Assembly: GCA_043822685.1 (NCBI GenBank)
Contig: JBDRBL010000021.1
Coordinates: forward strand, 1-50,459
Source: Candidatus Shapirobacteria bacterium
GTDB lineage: Bacteria; Patescibacteriota; Microgenomatia; PFEM01; JBDRBL01
Length of the DNA stretch: 50,459 nt
Direction of reading: 5' to 3'
Shown here: positions 25,592-35,698 of the stretch, piece after piece
Position numbering within the stretch: the first letter of the stretch is position 1
How the letters are laid out: each line of letters begins with the position of its first letter
Notes under the pieces: generated by a model
The model's database searches: none
Seen by the model: only the letters and a program-made list of their open reading frames with translations
Told to the model about the DNA's origin: nothing
Program-made: the position numbers and the translations under genes

Positions 25592-26071
25592 TTACCAGCG
25601 AAAATGGGCAAAGGCACGGTTAGCCTCCGCCATGCGGTGAACATCCTCCTTTTTCTTCACCGCTCCACCTTGATTGTTCAAAGCCTCTAAAATCTCCGCC
25701 GCCAATTTTTCGGCAAAATGGTGATACTCTTTGTTTGGCCGCGCCCGCGCCGCCTCAATCAACCAGCGAATTCCCAGCGACTCCCGCCGCTCCCCCCGAA
25801 CCGGCGTCGGCACCTGATACGTCGCCCCGCCGACCCTTCTTGACCGCACCTCCACCCCGGGTTTAATACTTTCCAAAGCCTGGTCAAAAACCGCCAGCGC
25901 CTCTTTACCCGTCTTTGTTTTGATTATCTCCATCGCCTGGTAAACTTCTCTTTGAGCCGCACTCTTTTTGCCGCTTTTCATCGAGCGATTAATCAATTTG
26001 GCGACCAATCGACTCTGATAAATCAGATCCGGCTCAATCCTTCTTTTTTTTACCTTACTCACTCTTGACAC
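25592..26071 (-). CDS. rpsG: 30S ribosomal protein S7
   Basis: Contains [28 protein letters not shown] and ends [10 protein letters not shown]. The GTG at 26071 is preferred because AAGGAGG lies 5 nt upstream. The ORF track extends to 26143 inside rpsL. Confidence 0.93.
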   Translation of the reverse strand: MSRVSKVKKRRIEPDLIYQSRLVAKLINRSMKSGKKSAAQREVYQAMEIIKTKTGKEALAVFDQALESIKPGVEVRSRRVGGATYQVPTPVRGERRESLGIRWLIEAARARPNKEYHHFAEKLAAEILEALNNQGGAVKKKEDVHRMAEANRAFAHFRW

Positions 26072-26486
26072 TGCCCCCTCCTTCTTTGCGTGTTCCATAA
26101 ATTGACCTTGCTTTTTTCCGCCCCACCACCCCGGCGGCATCATATTTACCCCGCACGATATGATACTTTACCCCCGGTAAATCCTGCACATGTCCCCCCC
26201 TTACCAAGACAATTCCATGCTCAGCTAAATTATGACCCTCGCCTTGAATATAAGCCGTCACTTCCTGCTTATTGGACAATCTCACTCTGGCCACCTTCCG
26301 CAGCGCCGAATTAGGCTTCCTGGGCGTCATTGTTTTTACCAGCGTCACCACTCCTCTTTTTTGCGGATTAATCGTCGACACAATCCGCCGGCGCCTAGCA
26401 TTGAAACTCCTCCGCAAGGCCGCTGTTTTTACCTTCTTCTTTATTTTTTTTCGCCCCTGGCGAACCAATTGGATAATTGTTGGCAT
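26055..26486 (-). CDS. rpsL: 30S ribosomal protein S12
   Basis: 143-aa ORF: [13 protein letters not shown]...[18 protein letters not shown]...[18 protein letters not shown]. Confidence 0.97.
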   Translation of the reverse strand: MPTIIQLVRQGRKKIKKKVKTAALRRSFNARRRRIVSTINPQKRGVVTLVKTMTPRKPNSALRKVARVRLSNKQEVTAYIQGEGHNLAEHGIVLVRGGHVQDLPGVKYHIVRGKYDAAGVVGRKKARSIYGTRKEGGGSVKSE

Positions 26487-26496
26487 TTTTTTAAGC

Positions 26497-29400
26497 CTAC
26501 CCTTCCGCCACCGCCTGTTCCGCTGCCACCGGAATCAATCGGCCAATGATAACATTTTCTTTCAAACCCAGTAAACCATCTTCTTTGCCTTCCAACGACG
26601 CTTCACTCAACACGTTGGTTGTTTCCTGAAAAGACGCCGCCGATAACCATGACTCGGTAAACAACGACGTTCTTGTCAGGCCTAAAATGATCACCCTGGC
26701 CGTCGCCGGCTCGCCCCCTTCTGCCAAAACCCGTCGATTTTCTTCCTCAAACCGGGTTTTACTTACTAACTCGCCCGGCAAAAAATGGGTGTCGCCTGGA
26801 CCTTCGATTCGCACCTTGTCACTCATCCGCCGCACAATCACCTCAATGTGGCGATCGTTAATCGGCACTCCCTGTGACTCATAAACCAGCTGGATCTCCT
26901 CCACAAGATACTCTTGAGCCGCTAAAAGACCACGCACCTCCAAAACCTCCCGCACGTCCAACGAGCCGCTGGCTAGTTGGGTTCCGGCATCTACCAGTTG
27001 TCCCTCTTCCACTTTCAGTTTGCTCATCGCCGGAATCACATACTCTCGCTCTTCGGCCGGTTTTATACCCACACTGACAACCCGCACCTTATAGCCGTTT
27101 TCCATCTCAACCAGGCTTACTTTACCGGCAATTTCCGCCAACGGCGACAGGTTCTTGGGAACTCGAGCTTCAAACAACTCCTCTACCCGCGGCAACCCCT
27201 GAGTCACGTCCAACCCCACAATTCCTCCTGTTTGTTTCGTCCGCAAGGTCAACTGTGTCCCCGGTTCACCGATGGATTGGGCCGCGATCACTCCCACCGG
27301 CACGCCCATCTCGACCACTCCCCGCCAAGAAAAATCCCAGCCGTAGCACTTAGCGCACAAACCGTATTTCGATTCACAGGTCAACGACGATCTCACCCAA
27401 ACTTCCCCTACCCCGGCTTCATCCAGCCTCTTCAAAACTTCTTCATCAATCACTTTATTACGCCTAAATAAAGTCTTTTTCGTCTTAGGATCGGCGACTT
27501 CCTTCGCCAAAAAACGGCCCAAAATTCGTTCCAAAAACTTTTCGCCCCGTTTATCTTCACGGCTTACCCTTATTCCCGATTTCGTTCCGCAATCCTCACT
27601 TTTGATCAATAAATCATGGGCGGCATCAACCAGCCGCCGCGTTAAGTAACCGGCATCGGACGTTTTAATCGCCGTATCCGTCAAACCCTTTCTGGCTCCC
27701 CGCGCGCTCGTCAAGTATTCAAAAATTGACAAGCCCTCTCTGAAATTAGACTTAATCGGCAACTCGACAATCTTGCCTAACGGATCCACCACCAAGCCCT
27801 GCATTGCCGAAATTTGCTTCACCCCATCTTTGGAAATCCGCCGCAAGCCCGCATCCACCATCAAATAAATACTGTTTTGCAAACTGAACTGTTCCCAGGT
27901 TTTATCCGCCAACAATTGGGTTGTCTCCATCCATAACTCCTGCACCAGCCTCTTTTGTTCCTGCCGGGTAATTAGGCCTTGCGCAAAATTCCCCTGAATC
28001 TCGACCGCCTTTTGATTCGCCTCGCTAATCACCCTGCCTTTATCCGGATAAATCTGGCAATCCCAAACTCCCACCGACAGGCCTGACAGCGTCGAACCCC
28101 AAAAACCCAGCCGCTTGAGCGAATCGATAAACTCCACCGTCTCTTCCCGCTTGCTTACCCGCATTGCCTGAGTAATCAGAGCTTTAATCATCTTTTGTTT
28201 GACACTTTCATTGACAAAAGCCATCCCCAGGGGCAGAACCTCGTTAAACAAGATCCTTCCCGCCGTCGTTTCAATAATCTTTCCTTGATGCCTGACCTTA
28301 ATCATTTGCCGCAACTCAATTTTGTGCGACTGAAAAGCAAAAACCACCTCTTCCCCGTCGGCGAAAATCGTCTTTGCCGGCGGCAATTCTTCATTTACCG
28401 AAGTCAAAAAATAGCAGCCGAGCGCCATTTCTTTGTCGGGAATATTAATCGGCTCTCCCGAGGAGGGCTTCAACAAATTATTCACCGGACTCATCAACTT
28501 CGCTGCCTCCTCTTGCGCCTTGACACTCAAGGGCACATGCACCGCCATCTGATCGCCGTCAAAATCCGCATTAAAACCAGCGCAAACACACGGATGAATC
28601 CGGATAGCATTGCCTTCAATCAAAATCGGATAAAAGGCCTGAATTCCCAGCTTATGCAACGTCGGCGCCCGATTCAACAGCACCGGATGATTCTGGGTAA
28701 TCTTTTCCAAGATATCAAAAATCTCCGGCGGCCGGTGTTCCAGAGCGTACTTGGCACTCTTCACGTTCGGGGCCATGCCATTCATGATCAATTCGTGGAG
28801 AACAAACGGCTTAAACATCTCCAGCGCCATTTCTTTCGGTAAACCGCACTGGTTCAGTTTTAGTTCCGGTCCCACGACAATCACCGAACGCCCCGAATAA
28901 TCCACTCGTTTACCCAAAAGATTCTGCCTAAATCGCCCTTGTTTGCCCCGCAACATCTCCGACAACGACCGCAATGGCCGTACTTGCCGCTTGTTCCGCT
29001 GTGTCATCCGCCGCGGGACATCGATCAAACTATCTACCGCCTCCTGCAACATGCGCTTTTCGTTGCGTAAAATAATCTCCGGCGCCCCCAAGGCCATCAG
29101 GTGTTTCAAACGATTGTTGCGATTAATTACCCGTCGATACAAATCATTCAAATCGCTGGTCGCAAACCGCCCCCCCGACAACTGCACCATTGGCCGCAAA
29201 TCCGGAGGAATCACCGGCAAGATCTGTAAAATCATCCAAGCCGGATCAATCTCCGCTTTCCGCATGCCCTCCACCAAACGCAACCGTTTTGATAATTTAA
29301 TATGTTTTGCCCCCCGACTCTCTTGAATCCCCTCCCGCAGTTCGGCGGCTAACTTTTCCAAATTGACCAATTTGACGACCTCCAGTAACACCTCCGCTCC

Positions 29401-30207
29401 CATTCCTGCTTGGAAAAAAGTGTCCACTCCATACTCTACCAATTTCAAATACTCGTCTTCACTTAAAAGCGCCCATTCCCGCAAATTCTTCACCAGCTCA
29501 ATTATCATCCGATAAATCTCCCCCGCCCGCTCCAACTCCAAAAGATTCTCATCCCTCAACGCCTGCATCCTCTGTTTGGTTTTTAATTTTATCTCCTCCG
29601 CCGCCAACACCAGCTGCTCTTTGTTATTTTTGAGCTTCTCCTTAACCATCTTTTCTTCTTCTCTTCCCCCTTCTTCTGCTTCCTTTATCCTTCCAACCAA
29701 CTCGCCTTTAAGCTCCTCCCGTTTCGCCGCCAAAGCCGCTTCCAAGCACTCAACCGCCTCTTTTTTTGCCCCCTTATCTACTACCGTCACCAGATACTGC
29801 GCAAAATAAATTATGGACTCCAAACTCTTTGGGGGAATGTTCAACAACAAAGAAATTTTCGAAGAGGCTCCCTTAAAAAACCAGATATGCGCCACCGGCG
29901 CCGCCAATTCTATATGCCCCATCCGCTCCCGACGCACTCGCGACTGCGTCACTTCCACTCCGCACTTGTCACAAATAATGCCCTTATAGCGAATCCGCTT
30001 ATATTTCCCGCAATAACACTCCCAATCTTTTGTCGGCCCAAAAATACTCTCGGAAAACAAGCCGTCTTTTTCCGCTTTTAATGTCCGGTAATTAATGGTC
30101 TCCGGTTTAGTCACTTCACCATGCGACCAGCTCTTAATTACCTCCGGTGAGGCCAGTTTTATCTTCAAGCCGGTAAAATCAACTAGCCTGTTCATCTTCT
30201 TCCTCAA
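26497..30207 (-). CDS. rpoC: DNA-directed RNA polymerase beta' subunit
   Basis: 1236-aa ORF with the zinc site [23 protein letters not shown], the catalytic NADFDGDQM, and [13 protein letters not shown]. Confidence 0.98.
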   Translation of the reverse strand: MRKKMNRLVDFTGLKIKLASPEVIKSWSHGEVTKPETINYRTLKAEKDGLFSESIFGPTKDWECYCGKYKRIRYKGIICDKCGVEVTQSRVRRERMGHIELAAPVAHIWFFKGASSKISLLLNIPPKSLESIIYFAQYLVTVVDKGAKKEAVECLEAALAAKREELKGELVGRIKEAEEGGREEEKMVKEKLKNNKEQLVLAAEEIKLKTKQRMQALRDENLLELERAGEIYRMIIELVKNLREWALLSEDEYLKLVEYGVDTFFQAGMGAEVLLEVVKLVNLEKLAAELREGIQESRGAKHIKLSKRLRLVEGMRKAEIDPAWMILQILPVIPPDLRPMVQLSGGRFATSDLNDLYRRVINRNNRLKHLMALGAPEIILRNEKRMLQEAVDSLIDVPRRMTQRNKRQVRPLRSLSEMLRGKQGRFRQNLLGKRVDYSGRSVIVVGPELKLNQCGLPKEMALEMFKPFVLHELIMNGMAPNVKSAKYALEHRPPEIFDILEKITQNHPVLLNRAPTLHKLGIQAFYPILIEGNAIRIHPCVCAGFNADFDGDQMAVHVPLSVKAQEEAAKLMSPVNNLLKPSSGEPINIPDKEMALGCYFLTSVNEELPPAKTIFADGEEVVFAFQSHKIELRQMIKVRHQGKIIETTAGRILFNEVLPLGMAFVNESVKQKMIKALITQAMRVSKREETVEFIDSLKRLGFWGSTLSGLSVGVWDCQIYPDKGRVISEANQKAVEIQGNFAQGLITRQEQKRLVQELWMETTQLLADKTWEQFSLQNSIYLMVDAGLRRISKDGVKQISAMQGLVVDPLGKIVELPIKSNFREGLSIFEYLTSARGARKGLTDTAIKTSDAGYLTRRLVDAAHDLLIKSEDCGTKSGIRVSREDKRGEKFLERILGRFLAKEVADPKTKKTLFRRNKVIDEEVLKRLDEAGVGEVWVRSSLTCESKYGLCAKCYGWDFSWRGVVEMGVPVGVIAAQSIGEPGTQLTLRTKQTGGIVGLDVTQGLPRVEELFEARVPKNLSPLAEIAGKVSLVEMENGYKVRVVSVGIKPAEEREYVIPAMSKLKVEEGQLVDAGTQLASGSLDVREVLEVRGLLAAQEYLVEEIQLVYESQGVPINDRHIEVIVRRMSDKVRIEGPGDTHFLPGELVSKTRFEEENRRVLAEGGEPATARVIILGLTRTSLFTESWLSAASFQETTNVLSEASLEGKEDGLLGLKENVIIGRLIPVAAEQAVAEG

Positions 30208-33200
30208 CTTTATTCGTAGGAATAATCTCCAACGCCAAACTATTTAACTCGCGATTTAGAACGTTGAACGACTCCGGCACCATCGCTTCCGGAATCTCGC
30301 TCCCCTTCACGATAGCTTCAAAAGTCCTCGCCCGGCCGCTGACATCGTCCGACTTAACCGTCAGCATCTCCTGCAAGGTGTAAGCCGCCCGATGCGCCTC
30401 CAGTGCCCAAACCTCCATCTCTCCCAAACGCTGACCGCCCATTTGCGCCTTGCCGCCCAGCGGTTGTTGAGTTATCAAAGAATACGGTCCAGTTGAACGG
30501 GCGTGCATTTTATCGTCCACCATATGCACCAATTTCAAAATATAAGCCACGCCCACAACACTCTCGGTCTTGTGCGGCTCTCCTGTCCGACCGTCAACTA
30601 GTTTCACCTTGCCGTTTACGGGCAAGCCCGCTCTGACCAACTCCTCGGCAATCCGTTTTTCGTCAATCCGGTCAAACACCGGCAAGGCCATTTTATAACC
30701 TAATTTTTGCGCCGCCCAACCCAAATGTGCCTCCAATAACTGACCTAAATTCATCCGCGCCAGGACTGACAACGGCGAAATGATAATGTCTATTGGCGCC
30801 CCGTCCGGCAAATAGGGCATATCTGCGGCGCTCACCACTTTGGAAATTACCCCTTTATTGCCGTGTCGCCCCGCCAATTTATCACCGACCCCAATTCTCC
30901 GCAATTGCGCCACTCGAACCAGCACTTTTTTAATTGTTCCTGCCTCCAACTCGTCACCTTTATCCCGATCCAAAATCTGTACTCCAATCACCGTTCCATG
31001 CTCACCGTGAGGCAATCTCAAGGAAGTGTCCCGCACTTCGCGCGCTTTCTCGCCAAAAATCGCCCGCAGTAATCGCTCCTCCGCGGTCAACTCGGTTTCC
31101 CCTTTAGGCGCAATTTTGCCAACCAAAATATCGTTTGGCTCCACCTCCGAGCCCACGACAACGATGCCGTCTTCTGCCAGATTCCGCAAGTCACCTTCAC
31201 CCACATTGGGAATATCCCGCGTTAACTCTTCCGGTCCTAATTTTGTCTCCACTATCGCCGCTTCATGTTCATCAATGCTAATCGACGTCAAAACATCCTC
31301 TTTAATCAGCCGGTCGGAAATCACAATCGCATCCTCATACTCCAGGCCGTCATACGAACAATAGGCGATCACTAAATTCCGTCCCAAAGCCAATTCGCCC
31401 TTGTCACAAGCCGGCCCATCAATCAACAAGTCTCCCTTTTTAACCTTATCACCCACCGTCACTACCGGTTTTTGGGAAAAACAAGTGCTATAGGGATTGG
31501 TTCTTTTAAACTTAAACAAGGGATAAGTTTTTTCCTCTCTGCCGCTTTTCACCACCACCTTAAAGCCATCAACGTAACTTACCTTTCCATCCTTGCCTGC
31601 TCTTACTACCCGCTGCATTGCTTCAGCAACCATTTTTTCCATTCCCGTCCCCACCAACGGCGCCTCCGGTTTAACCAGCGGTACCGCCTGGCACTGCATA
31701 TGTGTTCCCAACAAAGCTCTGTTCGCCATATCGTGATTCAAAAAAGGAATGAGCGACGCCGACGTCCCCACGACCTGCCACGGCACCACATCAATATACT
31801 CTACCTTTTCCGCTTTTTCTTCCAGAAACTCGCCGCCAAAACGCACCGGCACCCAATCCTCCAGCAAATTACCTTTTTCGTCTATTTTTATCCCCCGATG
31901 AGTGATATAGTGATCCTGTTCGTCATCTGCCGCCATATAAACAATCTCCTCCGTCACTCGTTTATTCATCACCCGTAAATACGGTGTTTCTAAAAACCCA
32001 TACTTATTAATTTGGGCATATAAACTCAAATACGTCACCAGACCAATATTTTGACCCTCCGGCGTTCTTATCGGACAAATTCGCCCATACTGTGAAGCGT
32101 TAATATCCCGAATTGAAAACGACGCCCGCTCCCGCGAAATTCCCCCACTACCCATAACCGAAACCCGCCGTAAATTATCAATCTCGGAAAGGGGATTGGT
32201 TTGATCCAAAATTGTCGACAACTGATTGCTTCGGAAGAATTCATTAATCGCCGCGATCATTGGCCGAGCATTGATCAATTGCCCCGGCCCCACCTTGTCC
32301 TCCGTCGAAAATAAACTCATTTTTTCTTTAACCGACCGCTCCAAACGCAATAACCCAATCCGAAAGGCATTATCCGCCACCAACTCACCCACCTGACGAA
32401 TCCGCCGGTTTGCCAAATGGTCAATATCGTCTATCCGCCCCTCAACTCCCGCCTGCAAATTAATCAGATAACGCACCGTCGCCAACACATCTTCCAATCG
32501 CAAGGTTTCCCTTTGTTCATCTGCGGGCAAGCCCAAGCGCTTGTTTACCTTGAATCTGCCCACCCACCCCAAATCGTAACGCCGCTCATCAAAAAACATA
32601 TTATGCACAAACTCGGTCGCATTTTCCAGAATTATTGGTTCACCCGGCCGCATCTTCTGGTAAATCTCAATTAACGCCTCACTACTGCTTTGGGCGGCGT
32701 CTTTCTCCAAAGTCAGCTGGATAAAACGACGGCCTTCCTCGTTTAAGCCGGCAAAACCTGCCCAGATCTCCTCATCCGTTCCTAAACCCAAAGCTCGCAA
32801 AAAAGTGGTAATAGCAAACTTGCGCCGGCGGTCAATCCGCACGCTCACGACCTCCGACCGCCCCACTTCAAACTCCAGCCATGATCCCCGCAATGGCCGC
32901 ATCTCCGCCTTATAAAGCATTCTCCCGCTCGCTCCATCCACTTCGCCGCTAAAAAAAACGCCCGGTGACCGGACGATTTGATTGACAACCGCTCTCTCGA
33001 TTCCGTTAATAATAAAAGTTCCGACCTCCGTCATTTTGGGCAGATCACCCAAAAACACCCGCTCCTTCACTTCACTTCCGCTTCGTTTGTTAACTAGGGT
33101 CATCTCCACACTCAACGGAAAATCATAGCTCAAACCTTTGTAGGCCGCCGCCGCCGGTGTTCTTGAGGGCTCCCCGAGAAGATGCCTGCCCAAGCGCAGT

Positions 33201-33379
33201 TCCCAATTTTTGCCAGTGAAATCGCTGATCGGCGTGACTCCCTCCAGCAAGCCCTTAATTCCTTCTTCCAAAAACGCCGCGTAAGAAGTCTTCTGCACCG
33301 CCAACAAATCCAACGCCGGCAATTTACGGTAGACCTTTCCCCAGTAAAGACGCTTGTTTTTGGTTTCGGTTGCGGACAT
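30179..33379 (-). CDS. rpoB: DNA-directed RNA polymerase beta subunit
   Basis: 1066-aa ORF: GRHGNKGVISKV, PFLNHDMANRALLGTHMQCQAVPL, GGQRLGEMEVWALEAH. Confidence 0.98.
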   Translation of the reverse strand: MSATETKNKRLYWGKVYRKLPALDLLAVQKTSYAAFLEEGIKGLLEGVTPISDFTGKNWELRLGRHLLGEPSRTPAAAAYKGLSYDFPLSVEMTLVNKRSGSEVKERVFLGDLPKMTEVGTFIINGIERAVVNQIVRSPGVFFSGEVDGASGRMLYKAEMRPLRGSWLEFEVGRSEVVSVRIDRRRKFAITTFLRALGLGTDEEIWAGFAGLNEEGRRFIQLTLEKDAAQSSSEALIEIYQKMRPGEPIILENATEFVHNMFFDERRYDLGWVGRFKVNKRLGLPADEQRETLRLEDVLATVRYLINLQAGVEGRIDDIDHLANRRIRQVGELVADNAFRIGLLRLERSVKEKMSLFSTEDKVGPGQLINARPMIAAINEFFRSNQLSTILDQTNPLSEIDNLRRVSVMGSGGISRERASFSIRDINASQYGRICPIRTPEGQNIGLVTYLSLYAQINKYGFLETPYLRVMNKRVTEEIVYMAADDEQDHYITHRGIKIDEKGNLLEDWVPVRFGGEFLEEKAEKVEYIDVVPWQVVGTSASLIPFLNHDMANRALLGTHMQCQAVPLVKPEAPLVGTGMEKMVAEAMQRVVRAGKDGKVSYVDGFKVVVKSGREEKTYPLFKFKRTNPYSTCFSQKPVVTVGDKVKKGDLLIDGPACDKGELALGRNLVIAYCSYDGLEYEDAIVISDRLIKEDVLTSISIDEHEAAIVETKLGPEELTRDIPNVGEGDLRNLAEDGIVVVGSEVEPNDILVGKIAPKGETELTAEERLLRAIFGEKAREVRDTSLRLPHGEHGTVIGVQILDRDKGDELEAGTIKKVLVRVAQLRRIGVGDKLAGRHGNKGVISKVVSAADMPYLPDGAPIDIIISPLSVLARMNLGQLLEAHLGWAAQKLGYKMALPVFDRIDEKRIAEELVRAGLPVNGKVKLVDGRTGEPHKTESVVGVAYILKLVHMVDDKMHARSTGPYSLITQQPLGGKAQMGGQRLGEMEVWALEAHRAAYTLQEMLTVKSDDVSGRARTFEAIVKGSEIPEAMVPESFNVLNRELNSLALEIIPTNKVEEEDEQAS

Positions 33380-33469
33380 TAAGCTCGATTATAAAAACAA
33401 AAAATTGCTGAATTCTGGCGTACAGCAACCTTCCTCGCTTCGCAAGGCATACTCTAATTAGTAACCGCT

Positions 33470-33498
33470 TTTATACCACACTCCATTTACATCGTCAA
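33470..33498 (-). promoter_or_regulatory. Sigma70-like promoter upstream of rpoB
   Basis: The minus strand reads TTGACG (33493-33498), a 17-nt spacer, then TGgTATAAA (hexamer at 33470-33475). It lies about 90 nt upstream of the rpoB ATG. Confidence 0.55.
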
Positions 33499-33509
33499 GA
33501 GGGGATTAT

Positions 33510-34448
33510 TTATAAATACTTTTGAATATTTTGCTGGTGGTCGGCAGCGGTGACGGCGTAGTGCATTAGGCCATCGGTACCGGTCAGATAATACCAATAC
33601 TCGGTTGCTTGAGAATTAACTACTGCTTTAATCGCGGCTAGGCCCGGATTGCAAATTGGCCCAAGAGGAAGGCCTTTATTAAGATAAGTGTTATAAGGTG
33701 ATTTAATTGTCTTGAGATCGCTTTTAGAAACCGTAGGCCACCAATTTTGACTATTGGCTTTAGCGTATTGAACCGTCGCATCTACTTGCAATGGCCAGCC
33801 GTTTTGCCACCGTTTCAACAGAATCCCGGCCACAATTGGCCGATCAACCTCTTTTTTCGCTTCCCGCTCGACTAATGAAGCCAAAATTAAAATTTGATCT
33901 TGATTTAGTTGGTCATTCTGGAAAGTAAATTTCTGAACAAAATTATCGGCAAAAAGCCGCAAAACCAAGTCCTCATCTGCTTCTTGCGGTACCAAGTAAG
34001 TATCAGGGAACAAATAACCTTCTTGTGCCTGCAATAAAAATAAATTTTTATCAAACCGGGGCAAATTAGCCGCCAAACGAGCAGCAACCTCCTCTTTGCG
34101 CCAGCCCTCCGGAAAAGTCAGCCAGATATCTTGGGTTCCCTGTGTCAAGGCTTGGGCAATGCTTTCCACTCGCTGATTAGTATTAAGGACAAATTTACCG
34201 GCTTGAAGCTTGTCCGCCAGCTTTTCCTGCCAGACAATCAGGCGAAAAGCCCAAGCTGAACGAATAATGCTTTGTTGCTCCAGACGTTGCGCAATTGAAG
34301 TGACCGCTTCCCCTTTTCTGACGACAAAATCGCGTGGGTTGTCACCATTTATGGGCATGACCGCCCAGCACCACCACAAAACCACCGCCAAAAGAAGCAA
34401 AACCGAAGCCAAACTCAAGACTGCAAAACGAAGCCGCAGACGCTTCAT
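33510..34448 (-). CDS. mltG: Endolytic murein transglycosylase MltG (YceG-like)
   Basis: 312-aa ORF with an N-terminal TM segment and YceG motifs (ILASLVEREA, SPYNTYLNKGLPLGPICNPG). Confidence 0.88.
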   Translation of the reverse strand: MKRLRLRFAVLSLASVLLLLAVVLWWCWAVMPINGDNPRDFVVRKGEAVTSIAQRLEQQSIIRSAWAFRLIVWQEKLADKLQAGKFVLNTNQRVESIAQALTQGTQDIWLTFPEGWRKEEVAARLAANLPRFDKNLFLLQAQEGYLFPDTYLVPQEADEDLVLRLFADNFVQKFTFQNDQLNQDQILILASLVEREAKKEVDRPIVAGILLKRWQNGWPLQVDATVQYAKANSQNWWPTVSKSDLKTIKSPYNTYLNKGLPLGPICNPGLAAIKAVVNSQATEYWYYLTGTDGLMHYAVTAADHQQNIQKYL

Positions 34449-34585
34449 TAGACCTCGGAAAAAAGCGCCCGACGATACTTGCCGTCTTCACAGATAAAAA
34501 TCCGCCCGCATTGGCAGGTGACTTTTTCCCCCTTGGACAACTTGCGTCCACAGCCAACACACTGCCCCCGGCGCAAAAGCCACAT
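34448..34585 (-). CDS. Small Cys-rich (zinc-ribbon-like) protein, 45 aa
   Basis: Below the ORF-track cut-off. Hand translation gives MWLLRRGQCVGCGRKLSKGEKVTCQCGRIFICEDGKYRRALFSEV*. Its TAA shares an A with the mltG ATG (TAATG). An alternative GTG start at 34618 overlaps the ruvX stop. Confidence 0.45.
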   Translation of the reverse strand: MWLLRRGQCVGCGRKLSKGEKVTCQCGRIFICEDGKYRRALFSEV

Positions 34586-34607
34586 CTGGATCGGCAAAAC
34601 CAGGTGC

Positions 34608-34994
34608 TTAATATTCACTCTTGTTTTTCCTTTCTAAATAACCTTCTAATATCACTGCCGCCGCAAAAGCATCCTCTACCCGCCGTTCCCGCTGTTTTTT
34701 CCCCACTTCCTTCATTCTAACAGCCGCGTCCTGACTGGTCAAGGTCTCATCCTGTAGTTCCAACGGCAAACCGATCGCTCTTTTTAACTCCTTGCCAAAG
34801 GCCTCGACGGCTTTAACTATTCGCCCTTCCGGCCGGCCCAAAATAATCTTTTCGATCTTTCTTTCTTGACAAAGCTGCGCAATTTCTGCTGACGCTTTCT
34901 GCGTCTCAATAATCCCCCATGAATCGATCCAACCATTTTCCGAAATAGCCAAACCCACTTTTTTCTCCCCCCAGTCAATCCCTAGAAGATTCAT
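34608..34994 (-). CDS. ruvX: Holliday-junction resolvase-like nuclease / pre-16S rRNA nuclease YqgF
   Basis: 128-aa ORF: LLGIDWGEKKVGLAIS...IEKIILGRPEG...DETLTSQDA. Confidence 0.85.
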   Translation of the reverse strand: MNLLGIDWGEKKVGLAISENGWIDSWGIIETQKASAEIAQLCQERKIEKIILGRPEGRIVKAVEAFGKELKRAIGLPLELQDETLTSQDAAVRMKEVGKKQRERRVEDAFAAAVILEGYLERKNKSEY

Positions 34995-35004
34995 GGTTTG
35001 ATAA

Positions 35005-35697
35005 CTAAATCCTTACTAACTCTGCCCGGACAATCAAACGGCGCAGATAAGTCCCCGGTGGCACACAAGTAACCAGCGACAAATAACTGTTGTCGTAGTG
35101 CTGCTCCAAAACCGTCACATCTTCGGGCGGCACCTCCAGCATCTGGTACACCCGATATCGATATTCAATCCCGTCAAAACTAACCCCTACCGCATCACCC
35201 TTCTTCAGTGTCGGCAGGGTCGAACAAATTGTTTTGTAATTTTGCGGGTTAAAAAACTGCGGCAACACCGAGTGGCAGAAAATCACCGCACTGCCCAACT
35301 GCCCGGGTAGCGCCGTTCCCGAATAGTGCACCATCGCCTTGCCTAAATCCTTTCCGCCGATCTCCACCGCCGCCTCTTTAATTCCCAGCTTGGGAATCGA
35401 CAGAGAATAAGTTGTAATTAAGCTTGGCCGAGGCGGCAGCACCGGTGCCTCCACAAACCAATTCGCCGGCTGTAAATACTCCTCGGTTTCCGCACTCACC
35501 GTCATCGGACTAACAATCTTCGGCGTAAAATCTCCGCTTTTAATCTGATAGGCCACGACCGGTCCAATCACGCTAATCAACAGCGCCAAACCCGCGGTCA
35601 CCAAACTCCACGGCAAAAGACGCCAGACTCGCGCGTGACGCTGGCCAAATGACGCTCTTTTGAGCTTCGGGTAAGCCTTGAGATAAAAATAGCTCAC
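35005..35697 (-). CDS. Sortase-family transpeptidase
   Basis: 230-aa ORF with an N-terminal TM anchor, a His in VIFCHSV, the catalytic-Cys motif LSLVTCVPPG, and a downstream Arg (RRLIVRAEL). Confidence 0.8.
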   Translation of the reverse strand: MSYFYLKAYPKLKRASFGQRHARVWRLLPWSLVTAGLALLISVIGPVVAYQIKSGDFTPKIVSPMTVSAETEEYLQPANWFVEAPVLPPRPSLITTYSLSIPKLGIKEAAVEIGGKDLGKAMVHYSGTALPGQLGSAVIFCHSVLPQFFNPQNYKTICSTLPTLKKGDAVGVSFDGIEYRYRVYQMLEVPPEDVTVLEQHYDNSYLSLVTCVPPGTYLRRLIVRAELVRI

Positions 35698-35698
35698 C

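Noticed and set aside
26090-33382. Numerous plus-strand ORFs of 60-215 aa inside rpoB, rpoC, rpsL and rpsG (for example 28195-28842, 31472-31978, 26977-27471)
   Set aside because: All are antisense to long, unambiguous, highly conserved genes and have biased low-complexity composition. No independent support exists. The same reasoning applies to antisense ORFs within the r-protein clusters, fusA, tuf, ftsK and RNase J (for example 11577-12266, 43052-43621, 43979-44596).
34342-34560. 72-aa minus-strand ORF spanning the mltG start region
   Set aside because: It overlaps the mltG N-terminus in another frame and has Gly/Phe-rich nonsense composition. The Cys-rich ORF at 34448-34585, in a different frame and coupled to mltG, explains the gap better.
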